64,000 bases of DNA from Octopus sinensis (Eukaryota): positions 69,750,001 through 69,814,000 of the forward strand of contig NC_043002.1 of assembly GCF_006345805.1 (NCBI RefSeq). Reading direction: 5' to 3'. Positions within the stretch are counted from its first letter, which is position 1. The number at the start of each line of letters is the position of its first letter. The notes under the pieces were generated by a model. That model ran no database searches. It saw only the letters and a list, made by a program, of their open reading frames with translations, and was not told where the DNA came from. Shown one piece after another: positions 25,602-38,473 of the stretch. Made by a program: the position numbers and the translations under genes.

Positions 25602-26161
25602 CAGTGGTTCGCAAACTTTTTTCAGGCTGCCACCCCTTGATTCTAAGGTTACATTCTTAGTGCTCCCCCAACTACTCACCATCACAGACATAAACCATTT
25701 TCTGCAGCAAATTCAAGACAACAGTATTTCACACACACACACACACAATAAATGCGCTTTTTTTAAAGCCTAGCCAGGCTCATGGGCCTGGTTTCCCGGT
25801 TTCTATGGCGTATGTGTTCCCTAGCTGGACGGGACGCCAGTCCATCGCAGCGTTACTCATTTTTGCCTGCTGAGTGGACTGGAGCAACGTGAAATGAAGT
25901 GTTTTTGCTCAAGAACACAACGCGTCACCCGGTCTAGGAACCGAAACCACTATCTTACCATCATGATGCTGATACCCTAACCACTAAGCCACGCGCCTCC
26001 ACTTCGCAACTAAATCTAATTAACCCTTTATTTTGTTTGTTTTTCTTACATCCATTGCCTCGTTTTGGCCACCCCAATATCGCCCCATTTTTCTTCAACA
26101 TCCCGCTAGATATTTCTACTGCCCCTGGGAGGGGACGCACAGCTCACTCTGAGAACCACTG
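25602..26161. mobile_element. hAT (Charlie-like) MITE with nested SINE-B
   Basis: Ends CAGTGGTTCGCAAAC / GAGAACCACTG; degenerate 8-bp TSD ATCTATTT/GTCTATTC; SINE-B inserted at ~25752-26000. Confidence 0.65.
25752..26000 (-). mobile_element. SINE group B
   Basis: tRNA-like head plus shared central domain; 3' tail ...GGCCCATGAGCCTGGCTAGGCTT. Related copies at ~19960-20116 (-) and 47598-47822 (+). Confidence 0.75.
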
Positions 26162-26608
26162 GTCTATTCTATTCTCCTTTTTCAGCCTTCACCCAACATC
26201 TATGACCAAATATGCTCCAATCTTGACCCGCTCATCTTATTGTTTTTTACTAACAGAGTAGTATTTCTAACTACATTTTCAGATGTGACTTTCATTTAAT
26301 CCTTAAGAACGGCAGGGTGCAGTTTGTGAATAGTTATTTTTTAATTAATTAAATTTACAAATATTGAATTATTTATAATTTCCTATAATCATATACTTCA
26401 TCTTGTTTTTTTTTGTGTGTTTATTTGTTAACTTCTAGACTTTTATTTTATGCTTATGTTTATTTCGTTCAAATTCTCTTATTTAATTTTTTTCTTGATA
26501 CTGCACTAATTGCTGTGTCTGGGTGTTTTGCTGTTTTTGTCATTATAACATCGCCGCCATTGTCGTTACCATTGCCTGTCCTTGTGGCTGCAGCAGCAAC
26601 AGCATTGT

Positions 26609-26609
<1 letters not shown>

Positions 26610-26645
<36 letters not shown>

Positions 26646-26830
26646 GCCATTCTTATTAGTAGTAGTAGCTATTGTATCGTTAGTGAAATATGGTGGTTAG
26701 AAGTGGTGGCGGTGGTAATCGTGGTGGTGGTGGTAGTGGTGGCAGTGGTGGTGGTGGTGGTGGTGGTGGTTGTGGTGGTTGTGGTGGTGGTGGTGGTGGT
26801 GGTGATAGTGGTGGTGGTGGTGGTGGTGCT
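26610..26830. repeat. (CTA)n and (GGT)n microsatellites
   Basis: Visible directly. Confidence 0.95.
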
Positions 26831-27217
26831 ACTGCTTTTGATAATGGTTCTGATGCTCGTTTTTTGTTCAAATGAAACTGCGTTTCCCACGTGACACCGT
26901 ATCCATTCCGAAAAGAAATACAAATTGTCCCTGTGCCAAATTTGCCCGAGGCACAGCCCTTATGGCTAAGTCCACCATCGCTCATTTTGAAACCATCTTG
27001 CCACTTTAATTGGAATTGCAGCATTGAACTTCTGTTTGGGTGTCTACAGTACAACTTGTTCCTTGTTGTGGTGGAGGCTTGATTTGCACTTGGTTCAAAT
27101 ATGCCCTGGGGGTGGCTTCGCTATTCATTTCTTTCTCTCCGGGACCGGTAAGATAAAGTGCACGTCAAACATTTGGATCGATGATGTCAAATAAACCCTT
27201 CCTCAATTCCAGGCCTG

Positions 27218-28400
27218 AGGCAGCGAGCTGGCAGAAACAGTACGCTGGGCGAAATGCTTAGCGGTATTTTGTCTGTCGTTACGTTCTGAGTTCAAATTCC
27301 GCCGAGGTCGACTTTGCCTTTCGTCCTTTCGGGGTCGATAAATTAAGTACCAGTTACGCACTGGGGTCGATGTAATCGACTTAATCCGTTTGTCTGTCCT
27401 TGTTTGTCCCCTCTATGTTTAGCCCCTTGTGGGTAGTAAAGAAATAGGTTTTCGTCTGCCGCTACGTTCTGAGTTCAAATTTCGCCGAGGTCGACTTTGC
27501 TTTATATCCTTTCGGGGTCGATTAAATAAGTAGAAGTTATGCACTGGGGTCGATATAATCGACTTAATCTGTTTGTCCTCTCTGTGTTTAGCCCCTTGTG
27601 GGTAGTAAAGAAACAGGTATTTCGTCTGTGTTTACGTTCTGGGTTCAAATTTCATCCTTTCGGGGTCAATAAATTAAGTTGCGTACTGGGGTCGATCTAA
27701 TCGACTGGCTCCCTCCCCCAAAATTTCGGGCTGTGTGCCTAGAGTACAAGAGAGTCGTTAGTACGCCTGGCAAAATGCTTAGCGGCATTTCGCTCGTCTT
27801 TACGCTCTGTGTTCAAATTCCGCCGAGGTCGACTTCGCCTTTCATCCTTTCGGGGGGGGGGCGATAAAATAAGTACCAGTTGAGTACTGGAGTCGATGTA
27901 ATTGACTGGCTCCCTCCCCACAAAATCTAGGCCTTGTGGCTATAGTAGAAAGGATTAGCTAGCAGGAACGTTAGTACGCCGGGCGAAATGCTTGGCGGCA
28001 TTTCGCCTGCCTTTATGCTCGTGTTCAAATTCCGCCGAGGTCGACTTTGCCATTCATCTTTAGGGGCTCGATAAATTAAGTACCAGTTGAACACTGGGGT
28101 CTATGTAATCGACTTTCTCCTTCCCTTGAAATCGCTGGCCTCGTGCCAAAATTTGAAACCATTATTATTATTATTATTAATATTATTATTATTATAACAG
28201 AAATCATCATCATTATTATTATTGGCTGCAAGCTGGCAAAGTTATTAGCAAGCCGGACAAAATGCTTAGCGGCATTTCTTCCTTCAAATGTCCGTCGAGA
28301 TTGACTTAGCTTTTCACTCCATGGAACCAATAAAATAAATCTCATTTAACCACTGGGGTCGGTGTAATCGACTATTCTTCCTCCTTCAAAATTCCAGGTC
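27218..28400 (+). mobile_element. Cluster of about six head-to-tail SINE group C units
   Basis: Repeated GAGTTCAAATT..GCCGAGGTCGACTTTGCCTTTCATCCTTTCGGGGTCGATAAA..AAGTACCAG core with two alternative tails. Confidence 0.85.
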
Positions 28401-28671
28401 TTGTACCTATAGCAGAAACATTTGTTACTGTTAATAATATGGTAGTGAGAGCAACTAGCAGACAGAATCGGTAGAGCGTCGGACAAAATGCCTTGCGGTA
28501 TTTATTCCAAATCTTTACATTCTGAGTTCAAATCCCATCGATGTTGACTTCGCCTTTCATCCCACTGGAATCGATAGTAGAATGTATTACTCTTCTGTAC
28601 AGGGAACCCATGATCCACGCATTATGCAATGCGTCCTAACATGTCTTACGATATTACGATGTTAGGCGTAA

Positions 28672-28826
28672 GAGTGGCTGTGTGGTAAGTAGCTTGCTTA
28701 CGAACTACATGGCTCCGGGTTCAGTCCCACTGCGTGGCACCTTGGGAAAGTGTCTTCTGCTATAGCCTTGAGCCGACCAAAGCCTTGTGAGTAGATTAGG
28801 TAGACGGAAACTGAAAGAAGCCCGTC

Positions 28827-28912
<86 letters not shown>

Positions 28913-29140
28913 ATATATATGTTTGTGTGTGTGTGTTTGTGTGTCTGTGTTTGTTCCCTCAACATCACTTGACAACCGATGGTGGTGTGTTTACATCCCC
29001 AAAACTTAGCGGTTCGGCAAAACAGACCGACAGAATAAGTACAAGGGTTACAAAGAATAAGTCCTGGGGTCCATTTGGTCGAATAACGGTGGTGCTCCAG
29101 CATGGCCACACTCAAATAACTGAAACAAGTAAAAGAGTAA
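28672..29140 (+). mobile_element. SINE group A, full-length copy
   Basis: Head, core, long internal (TA)n and tail. Confidence 0.85.
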
Positions 29141-29989
29141 GGAGTGTATGCCGAAGCTATGTCCTCATACACTATCATAAATACACTAGGTATAGTAGAT
29201 GAGTTCAGTAAAAATTTAGATTCAGATGAATATGGTACTGAAGTTGAGGCACCAGAATTTAGCACGATATAATTTCAAAATAAGGTGATTAAAATCAAAA
29301 TAAACAAGGATATCCAGAGGTAATGCAGTACGATCGTTTCATGCGACTCCATTTAATTGAACAATGTAATCATTACGTCAATTTAAAATGTAGAGCAATC
29401 TTCAGCTGCACAAGGGCATGGAATTTAATTAAATTAGAAGGATACATTAGTATATTTTTTACCTAAAATCTCCAAGAGGATAAGGAGATAGACAAAGAAC
29501 ATGTTTTACCAACAATATCATAAATACAAACAGCTGGTAATTTTCATTGCCCTATAGAATATCAAACAAATGGTAAACTCAGTTCATCATTTTTACAGAG
29601 GAGCATCTCTGGTATTTATTCTATAGAACTGAAATATTTTGTAAAGTTTTTGAAAAATTCAATGATGTTACGTGGGTCGTGAGGCTCGGGTAACCATCAT
29701 TTCGCCTTTTCATCCCATTAATCTTGTATCACCCATTTTTTTCATTCGTATTTTCCCCCCACCTTTTTATTTTTGTTCGTATTGTCTTGTTTGTTTTTGT
29801 ACTGTCCACTCTATATCTGGTCCCTTGTGGACAATAAAGAAAAGATTCTGTTGAACACTTAAAGGCGAAATGTTATGTTGTCCACAAAAATGACTTGAAT
29901 TGGTGACGCAGGGACGGAAGCTCTATACGGTCATATTTTGTTAATAACTATTCCTATTGGAACCACTAGGCTGTTGGCTTGATCCCACC

Positions 29990-30121
29990 ATCTTCTTCGT
30001 CGTCGTCCTTTTCTTTTTCTTCTTTTTCTTCTTCTTCTTCTCTTCTTCTTCTTCTTCTTCTTCTTCTTCTTCTTCTTCTTCATCATCATCTCCTCTTCAT
30101 CTCATCATCATCTTCATCATC

Positions 30122-30161
<40 letters not shown>

Positions 30162-30514
30162 CCCCCCTCATCATCTTCCTCCTCCTCCTCCTCCTCGTCA
30201 TCATCATCATCCTCTTCATCATCAATCATCATCAACATCATCTTCCTCCTCCTCCTCCTCATCAGCATCTCATCATCATCCTCTTCATCATCATCATCAT
30301 CATCATCATCATCTTTCCCGCTCCTCCTCCTCCTCGTCATCATCATCATCCTCTTCATCATCATCATCATCATCATCTTCCTCCTCCTCCTCCTCCTCAT
30401 CATCATCATCATCATCCTCTTCATCATCATCATCATCATCATCATCTTCCTCCTCCTCCTCCTCCTCATCATCATCATCATCCTCTTCATCATCATCATC
30501 ATCATCATCATCAT

Positions 30515-30545
<31 letters not shown>

Positions 30546-30632
30546 ATCATCCTCTTCATCATCATCATCCTCTTCATCATCTTCCTCCTCCTCCTCCTCC
30601 TCATCATCATCATCATCCTCTTCATCATCATT

Positions 30633-30664
<32 letters not shown>

Positions 30665-31273
30665 TATCATCATCATCATCATCATCATGATCATCATCAT
30701 CTTCCTCTTCATCTATATCCTCCACCACCTCCTCCTCCTCATCATCATCATCATTATCTTCCTCCAACTTTTCCTCCACCTCCTCCACCTCACCATCATC
30801 ATTATCTTCCTCCACCTTTTCCTCATCCTTCTCATCATCATCATCATTATCTTCCTCCTCCTCCTCCTCATCATCATTATCATTATCTTCTTCATCATCA
30901 TCATTATTTTCCTCTTCCTCCACCTCATCAACATCATTATCATCATCATCATCATTATCGGCCTCTTCACCATCATTATCATCATCATCTTCTTCCTCCT
31001 CCTCATATCATCATCATTATTGTCCCCTTCACCATCATTATCATCATCATCATCATTATCTTCATCATCATCATCATCATAATCATCATTATCTTCCCCT
31101 TCATCATCATCATCATCATCTTCTTCCCCTTCATCATTATCTTCATCATCATTATCTTCCCCTTCATCATTATCTTCATCATCATTATCTTCCACTTCAT
31201 CATTATCTTCATCATCATCATTATCTTCCTCTTCATCATTATCTTCATCATTATCTTCATCATTATCTTCGTC

Positions 31274-31309
<36 letters not shown>

Positions 31310-31420
31310 GACACCATCATCTTTTTCTACGTCTTCTTTATCGTCAGCGTCTTCCTCCTCCTCCACCTCTTCTTCTCCTTCTTCTTTCCTCCTCCTCCTT
31401 CTTCTCCTCTTCATCCCTAC
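29990..31420. repeat. 1.4-kb compound trinucleotide tract (CAT/CCT/CTT/TAT)
   Basis: Visible directly; the plus strand is almost G-free. Confidence 0.95.
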
Positions 31421-32396
31421 GTTCCTATCTACTTCCCTCCTTTTCGTTTTTCACTTTCACCATTCTTTAAAGCAACAAGACAGAAAGAGAAAGAGAGAGA
31501 GAGAGAGAGAGAGAAGAGAGAGAGAGCGGAAGAGAGAGAAATTAATAAAATGAAACAAGAAAACAATATAAAGCAACAAGATAATAAAATGAAACCAAAA
31601 ATAGCAATAAAAAAAACGAACAATCAAAAAATTCAAGAAAAAATAAAGCTAAATAAGCAAAATAATACTATCGTCAAAACAAAGAAAAGCAAAGTACAAA
31701 CCAACTAACCAACCAACCAACCAACCAGCCAGCCAGCCAGCCAGCAAACCAGCCGGCCAACCAGCCAGCCAGCCAGCCAGCCAGCCGGCCTAACAACAAG
31801 CAGCCGTCTGCAAGATGTCCTTCTGTCTCATAGAAGTGTGTATGTATGTGTTGGCTTTACTTAGTTTGAATAAACAGACAACGCCTTTTTAGAATACATT
31901 TCCTCTTTTAAACTCTTACTGAAATACCGATGACGTCAAAAGATTGTAACTGTTTTGTTTGGTTTTCTGTTTGTTTTTTTTTCGTTTACTCTTTCTTTTC
32001 TTTGTTTTTTTTTTTTTTGTTCCAAGAAAGACTTAAGAGAAAAATTGCATGGTTAAAAATCGATAGAGTACCGGATGACATTGCGGGAGTACGCTGGTTC
32101 GGTGGGATTTGTTTACCGTTGATGCGTGCGTTTATTCGTACAATGGAATGGATTGGACCCAGGGACTTAGGTATCAACTGCCGAATGCACTTTACTTTAA
32201 ATCAAGTAGTAGTAGTAGTAGTAGTAGTAGTAATTGTTGTTGCTTAGTTTTAGTTCTGTCATGATCAGACAAGGCAATATGGTCGAAATTAAAGCCCTCC
32301 ATCTTTATTCCAATACAGTCGCCATGATAGATCGGTAGCCACTACACACATTTTTTTTTACTCTCCTTGTTTCTCTTCTTGTTTCTTTCTGTGTTC

Positions 32397-32432
32397 CTTT
32401 CTGTGGAAGAGCGTAGGCTCGAAACGTAAAAG
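32397..32432 (+). ncRNA. Minimal hammerhead-like motif with variant core
   Basis: CTTT-CTGTGGA-A-GAGC gtag GCTC-GAAA-CG-TA-AAAG. Stems I and II pair; stem III is the palindrome ACGT, as in Penelope-type minimal hammerheads; core has A6>U. Confidence 0.5.
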
Positions 32433-32695
32433 ACTTTTTTCAATTCCTGAGCGTTATACTAATACATGTGTTTATTTCCTACACCACCTGTCATCGTCTT
32501 ATGTTGTTTTTTTCGTGAATTCTCCTTATATATATATATATATATATGTGTGTGTGGTAAGAAGCTTGTTTCTCAACCACATGATTCCAGGTTCAGTCCC
32601 ACTTCGTGAAAACTTGGGCAAGCGTGTTCTACTATAGCTACGACCAAACCATTGTGAGTAGATTTGGTTGACGGAAACTGAAAGAAGCTCATTGT

Positions 32696-32805
<110 letters not shown>

Positions 32806-33603
32806 TACAAAATGGGACAAGAACGCAAAACATCCGGACATCTAGGTGATACAAAAAGGGACAACAAACATCCAGATAGACGATACAAAGAAAAACAAGC
32901 TTTCTATCCTCAGTCAAGAACCGGATCATTCTCGCAATTTCGGCTGATTAATCTTGAGATTGCTCCAATCTGGCCAGCTCCAACGAAAAACTACTATCAA
33001 TGTACACATATTTCTTTGTATTTGCCTTCATATCACATTTGTACACTACATTTCTTACCATGCAGTTGTTGAATCTGCATTCGTCCTTACGTCTGAAGTT
33101 ACACATGATACTATTTTTTTCCTTCTTTTCTCTGTGGAGTTACTATTGGTGGTCCTGTTTCTTCTTCCTCCTGTAATCGTGCATTCATTTTCCTTTTGTA
33201 TATATTGTACTTCTAATTCTAAATATTACTACCATTCCTTTTTCTACTGCCATCACTTATCTCCCCTACCAAGTACACACAGAAATACCCACATAGCTAG
33301 ATTGGCGTTCATACAAGCAAGGTGGGATAAACATCCATTTGTGATTCATCTACTAAAGCAGTTTCGTCTGATGAACTGAATCAATGATGATGATCAACCG
33401 GATGCCGATGGATAATGCGGAATATACTATTCCCATCCCAAGGATACGAACTCTGAGGTTAAAGTCATGTGGTTTGTGGAAATCGCGTAGTGATGTATTA
33501 CATATTTATAAATTCCATCCAAGAGTTATATATATATATATAGACCAAAAATTTTACTAATCCCACCGAATGCAATTTTTCAAAGTAAGACATTTAAAAT
33601 ATG

Positions 33604-33650
33604 GACTTGTATCACCTGTGATTTCATACCTCTGTATTCATCAGCAAGCC
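33604..33650 (-). ncRNA. Type I hammerhead ribozyme motif
   Basis: Minus strand reads GGCTTG-CTGATGA-ATAC agag GTAT-GAAA-TCAC ag GTGA-TA-CAAGTC. Full CUGAUGA/GAAA/UH core; stem I 6 bp (one G-U), stem II 4 bp, stem III 4-5 bp. Confidence 0.8.
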
Positions 33651-33943
33651 TGGACGTATCATAAATAAACGACCCTACCTCGTCTAAGCCGAGCAGCTAA
33701 CTGATCAACATCAACGAAGCACATGGGTGAGTTTACATATATTACATCCGGTAAATGGCAGACTTTTACGAATTGCATTTCGGGAAAGGAAAAGTTTTTT
33801 CGGAATAAAAATTTAGCAATTAAGGACAACTTCTTAATAAGGAAAACTTAACAAGAAATTATCGGGTAGATAGCGTGAAAGACCTCATAAGAGAAAAAAT
33901 TTCGAAAATAATTCTTTCTTATTGAACATATTAATTTATATAT

Positions 33944-34121
33944 AGAGGGCATTATTATACATACATGCCACACGCTAAGAGGGACAAAATTAGTCATTTC
34001 TACCAAAAATTTTACTAATCCCACCGAATGAAAAATTGCATTCGGTGGGATTAGTAAAATTTTTGGTAGAAATGACTAATTTTGTCCCTCTTAGCGTGTG
34101 GCATGTATGTATAATAATGCC

Positions 34122-34125
<4 letters not shown>
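33944..34125. repeat. Perfect inverted repeat, 87-bp arms, 8-nt loop
   Basis: 33944-34030 is the exact reverse complement of 34039-34125 (checked base by base). Confidence 0.97.
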
Positions 34126-34153
<28 letters not shown>

Positions 34154-35092
34154 TATATATATAAAGACAAAGAGAAGGAGAAAAAACAGTTAATGCCAAA
34201 CTCCAACGCGTTGAATGGTCGTTGTTTTTAAAGTATAAAATAATATAAAATCAGACTTTTCTCCTTGGTACGAAAATGATGTAAGGCGGGCGAAATAAAT
34301 GAAGTCTATTTTATTAGTTACTGTGGTCAATACAAAACTTGTTTCACGATTAATGTACAAACTAAATAAAGCAATTTTTATTGTATATATCATATTTTAA
34401 GAAAAGAATATAAATAACTATAAAATATATTTACCTTCATTTATCTACTTTTGTTCTTTCTGGTTGCAGGCTGTGATTTGAAGAAAATTCAACCGTGATT
34501 TCTAGCATGCTGAGCGACCGCATGGAGGTTCCTTCTCCACTCGGGTCGATGTTTGATCAGTCAACATAACTGTCGGTGAGAATCGGATTAGACACCATGT
34601 ATATGCATATATACATACATGCATACATATATATATATATATATACATGCATACATACATATATACATACATACATATACACAAGCTTGCATTCACATAC
34701 ACACATATAAGCACAAACGCACATTCAAATATATACACACGCATAATTACATGCTTACATAATCCAATCTAAACCTCCAGTAATTTCATTGTGTTCTTTA
34801 AGTCACTTTTTCCAAAATAATACAAGTCTTGCTGACCTGCATTCGGTTTCATATGCTGCATGCCATGCATACATACATACATACATACATACATACATAC
34901 ATACATACATACATACATACATACATACATACATTTATATATATACATGCATGCACACACGCATGTATGCTCCATCTCCCCACGCCAAATCTCAAGGAAA
35001 CATACATATACAACGTACATACATATATATGCATGCATACATGCACATTGCCATACATACGTACATACATGTATAGATTCATACATACATAC

Positions 35093-35211
<119 letters not shown>

Positions 35212-35497
35212 CACACAAACACCCCCACACACATACACTCATTATATCTGAATTTGTTTCTTAAGTATTTTAATATGAAACTGTTTGAAGTAACATATGT
35301 CGCTGTACTTCAGGATTTAGTGAGGGTCCCGCTGTTATCAAACATATGCTCTTTTATTTCACTTCTAGTTTTATTGTCAACTAATTTGCGATGAATGTTT
35401 CGTCACGTTACTGCGACTTTTTCACTACTTTCTAATTCTCCACTATTTTCGACTAGAATTTTGGGATTTGTTGGTCATTTAGAAGTTTTCAAGATAT

Positions 35498-35660
35498 AGG
35501 CGCGGGTGTAGCTGTGTGGTAAGAAACTTGCTACTCAGCCACATGGTGTACGGTTCGGTCCCACTGTGTGATACCTTGGCTAAATGTCTTCTACTAAAGC
35601 CTCGGGCCGATCAAAACCATGGGAATGGATTTGGTAGTCGGAAACTGAAATAAGCCGTCG

Positions 35661-35714
<54 letters not shown>

Positions 35715-35925
35715 TGTGTGTGATGGGAGTGCGTGTGTGTTTTTGTATTTCTGTTTGTTCCCCTTCATCACCGCTTGAAAACCGGTGCAGGTGTGTTTAC
35801 GTCCTCGTAACTTAACGGTTCGGAAAAAGAGCCCAGTAGAGTAAGTACTGGGGTCGATACATTCGGCTAAAATTTTAGGGCGGTGCCTCAGCATGGCCGC
35901 AATCACATAACTGAAACAAAACAAA
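35498..35925 (+). mobile_element. SINE group A, full-length diverged copy
   Basis: Head, core, internal (TG)n and tail. Confidence 0.8.
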
Positions 35926-36654
35926 AGATATACTTGATGAAACCGGGAAATGTTTCAAATCACTTTTTGTCTTTTAAGAAAAGGAAGACATCTTAGATTT
36001 GTATCTCTAGATGTTAGTAAGAAACTCTAAGGAGAGTTGAACAGTAGATCTTCAGAGAAGTCCATCTCATGCAAATATTTTAGTCCTTATCTCCTCACAC
36101 TCAAAGCAGTAGGCCACACCCAGCTCATGACTCCTGGGTACCCCTCTGCTACCACATTCTGTGCTACTGTCTGTATTGCAACCATCTCTCTGGATGATTA
36201 CGGTATCACAGAGCCAAGGTACTTTGGATGTTATAACAAGTTTAGTCCAAGATGCTAGTTGCCTGTAAAGTAATTTATATCTTCTGAAATGAATTACACT
36301 TGCAACTAATTAGATGGATTATTTGTGGAAAGTTGTGAAAATTTTGATGCATATCTGGAAAGTGGTAAAGAAGAAATGTCGTGAAGATCATTAGTGATGA
36401 ATGTCACAATGTCAAAATAAAATCATGGATCGACAATTCAGCATTGGTCCATGTCATTGAGGATTCTGGACAATTTGGGAGATTAAATGATTTTAAGAGT
36501 AACAAACTTCTCTAAGAAAATATCAGGTCATGTTATTTGAAAAGAAGATCGATACCAAAAGCCATCAAACCATAAAATATAATGTAGCTGAGCAAATTAA
36601 TTATTGTATGTCTTTTACAAAATTTTCCATTTCGAGACAGAACTGAGCCTCTCT

Positions 36655-36730
36655 TTTCTATTGTTATGCGAAAAGCTGATGGAAACCTCAGATTATGCAG
36701 AGTCTATAAACTGGAATTAAACGGCAGGGG
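36655..36730 (+). mobile_element. Possible Ty3/Gypsy RT remnant
   Basis: IVMRKADGNLRLCRVYKLELN resembles the Gypsy RT start motif V.KKDG..RLC.DY..LN; too short to be sure. Confidence 0.35.
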
Positions 36731-37199
36731 TATAGGACAAAATTCACGGCAATAAATATTCTAAGGTTCTAGGGTTTAATGTGAGAGAGATTTAATAAAA
36801 TATTGATTTCAAATTTGGGTACAAGACCAGCAGTTTTGGAGAGGGGCGAGTACTTTATTTTATCGACCATAATCTGATGAAAGGCAAATTCGACCTCAAC
36901 TGAATTTGAACTCAAAACGTAAGGACGGGTGAAATACCGCTAAGCATTTTGCTTGGCGTGCTAACGATTCTGCCAGCTCGCTGTCTTAGACTTAATAAAT
37001 ATTAAGTTCAAACGACCTTCCAAACTTGTAGTATTTAGGCGAGAGCTTTGACACAACGGTCGACATGTCCCAGACCAGCTCAAATGATTACGAGTTCGGG
37101 TTACATTAGAAGTCACATTCTTTTAAACACCTTTTAAAAGTATCAAATTAGTCACTACTGAAAATCAGCTACAAATGTAAAAATTTAAAAATATATATA

Positions 37200-38473
37200 T
37201 CAAGTCATCCCATAAGTTCTGTCCGAACTTTGAATAAAGAAAACAAGTGATCAAATGTTATATTTAATTGGAATTTAATCATTAATGTACTTTCCCTGAT
37301 TATCTATCACTTCTTTCCATCTATTTACAAGCTTTTTAATCCCATCAATGTAAAGCGCTTTTGATTTCAAAGCGAAGAACTCTGAAATATCAGTTTCCAC
37401 CTCCTCCTGACTTACGAAAGTTATGTCCCCCAAATGATTCTGTAAACTACGAAGGAGCAAGGTCGGGAGAATAAGGTGGATGAGGAATTTTTTTTCCAGC
37501 CAAGCTCTTCGATTTTCAGTGATGCGATCTTCGCAGTGTGGGGTCGCGCATTGTCCTGATGAAACATCACTCCTTTTTGATTCACTAAAGCAGGACTTCT
37601 TTTCTTCAAAGCTTGGTTCAAAAGCTCTAATTGCTGACAGTAGACTTGAGCATTGATTGTTGCATTAGGTGGTAACAATTCAAAGTGTTACTCCTTTGCA
37701 ATCCCACCAGTTAGAGAGAAGAACCTGTTTTTCCATGAAGTTCCCTTCTCGGTTGTGGTTGACCCTTTTCCCTTTTACCAAGCCACTACTGTTTACAACG
37801 TTTAACATTTCGATAGAAGATCCATTTTTCGTCATCAGTCACAAGTCTATCCAAAAAGGGTGAAATGAGTTCACGAGAATGGAGGGAAGGGCAGATGTCA
37901 ACTCTGAATTTGCGGTTGCTTTCGGACAATTCATGAGGCACCCATTTTCCAAGTTTAGGAACCTTTCCAAGTTGATGAAGATGACGATGAACAGTTGTAT
38001 AGTTTGAACTAAGCTTTATTCCAATTCTTCAACCGATAATGCAGAATTTTCTTCAAGTAATGCCTCAATGAGCTTATCATCAAACTTAAATGGACCTACT
38101 GTTCGATCTTCATTTTCAAGCCTGAAATCTCCACTTCTGAATTTTGCAACCCATCTTCTGCAAGTTCTTTCATTCAAACATTCTTTCCCATATACTGAAT
38201 GTATGTTTCGAGTCGCTTCGGCTGCAGCGTTTCCTTTTTTGTACTCATAAAGCATTATGTGCCTCAAATGCTCTTTGGATATTCCATATTAGAAAGTTTT
38301 TTTTAATCAAAGAAATTTTAATTCTATTATTCTGTAAAATAATATTTAATTAGTTTAAATGTACACAAATGCATAAAAATAATTTTTAATTCCATTAGAC
38401 ATTCTAAAATATTATCAAATTTAATTATATTTTTAAAAAGGTAAAATCGGACAGAACTTATGGGATGACCTGA
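37200..38473 (-). mobile_element. Full-length-size defective mariner (second family)
   Basis: 27-bp TIRs TCA(A/G)GTCATCCCATAAGTTCTGTCCGA with TA at both ends. Fragments MRHIMLYEYKKGNAAAEATRNI, VTDDEKW, HQDNARPHTA, KLVNRWKEVIDNQGKYI, with many frameshifts. Confidence 0.93.

Noticed and set aside
27218-28400. Repeat cluster superficially like a CRISPR or structured array
   Set aside because: The units are ~180-220-bp SINE copies without unique spacers; eukaryotic context and no cas genes.
29957-31708. 583-aa His/Pro/Ile-rich ORF
   Set aside because: It arises from the triplet tract, which lacks stops in several frames; no start context, splice or domain evidence.
32895-32920. CTGAGGA-TA-GAAA-GCTT on the minus strand
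   Set aside because: No stem II and no stem I partner.
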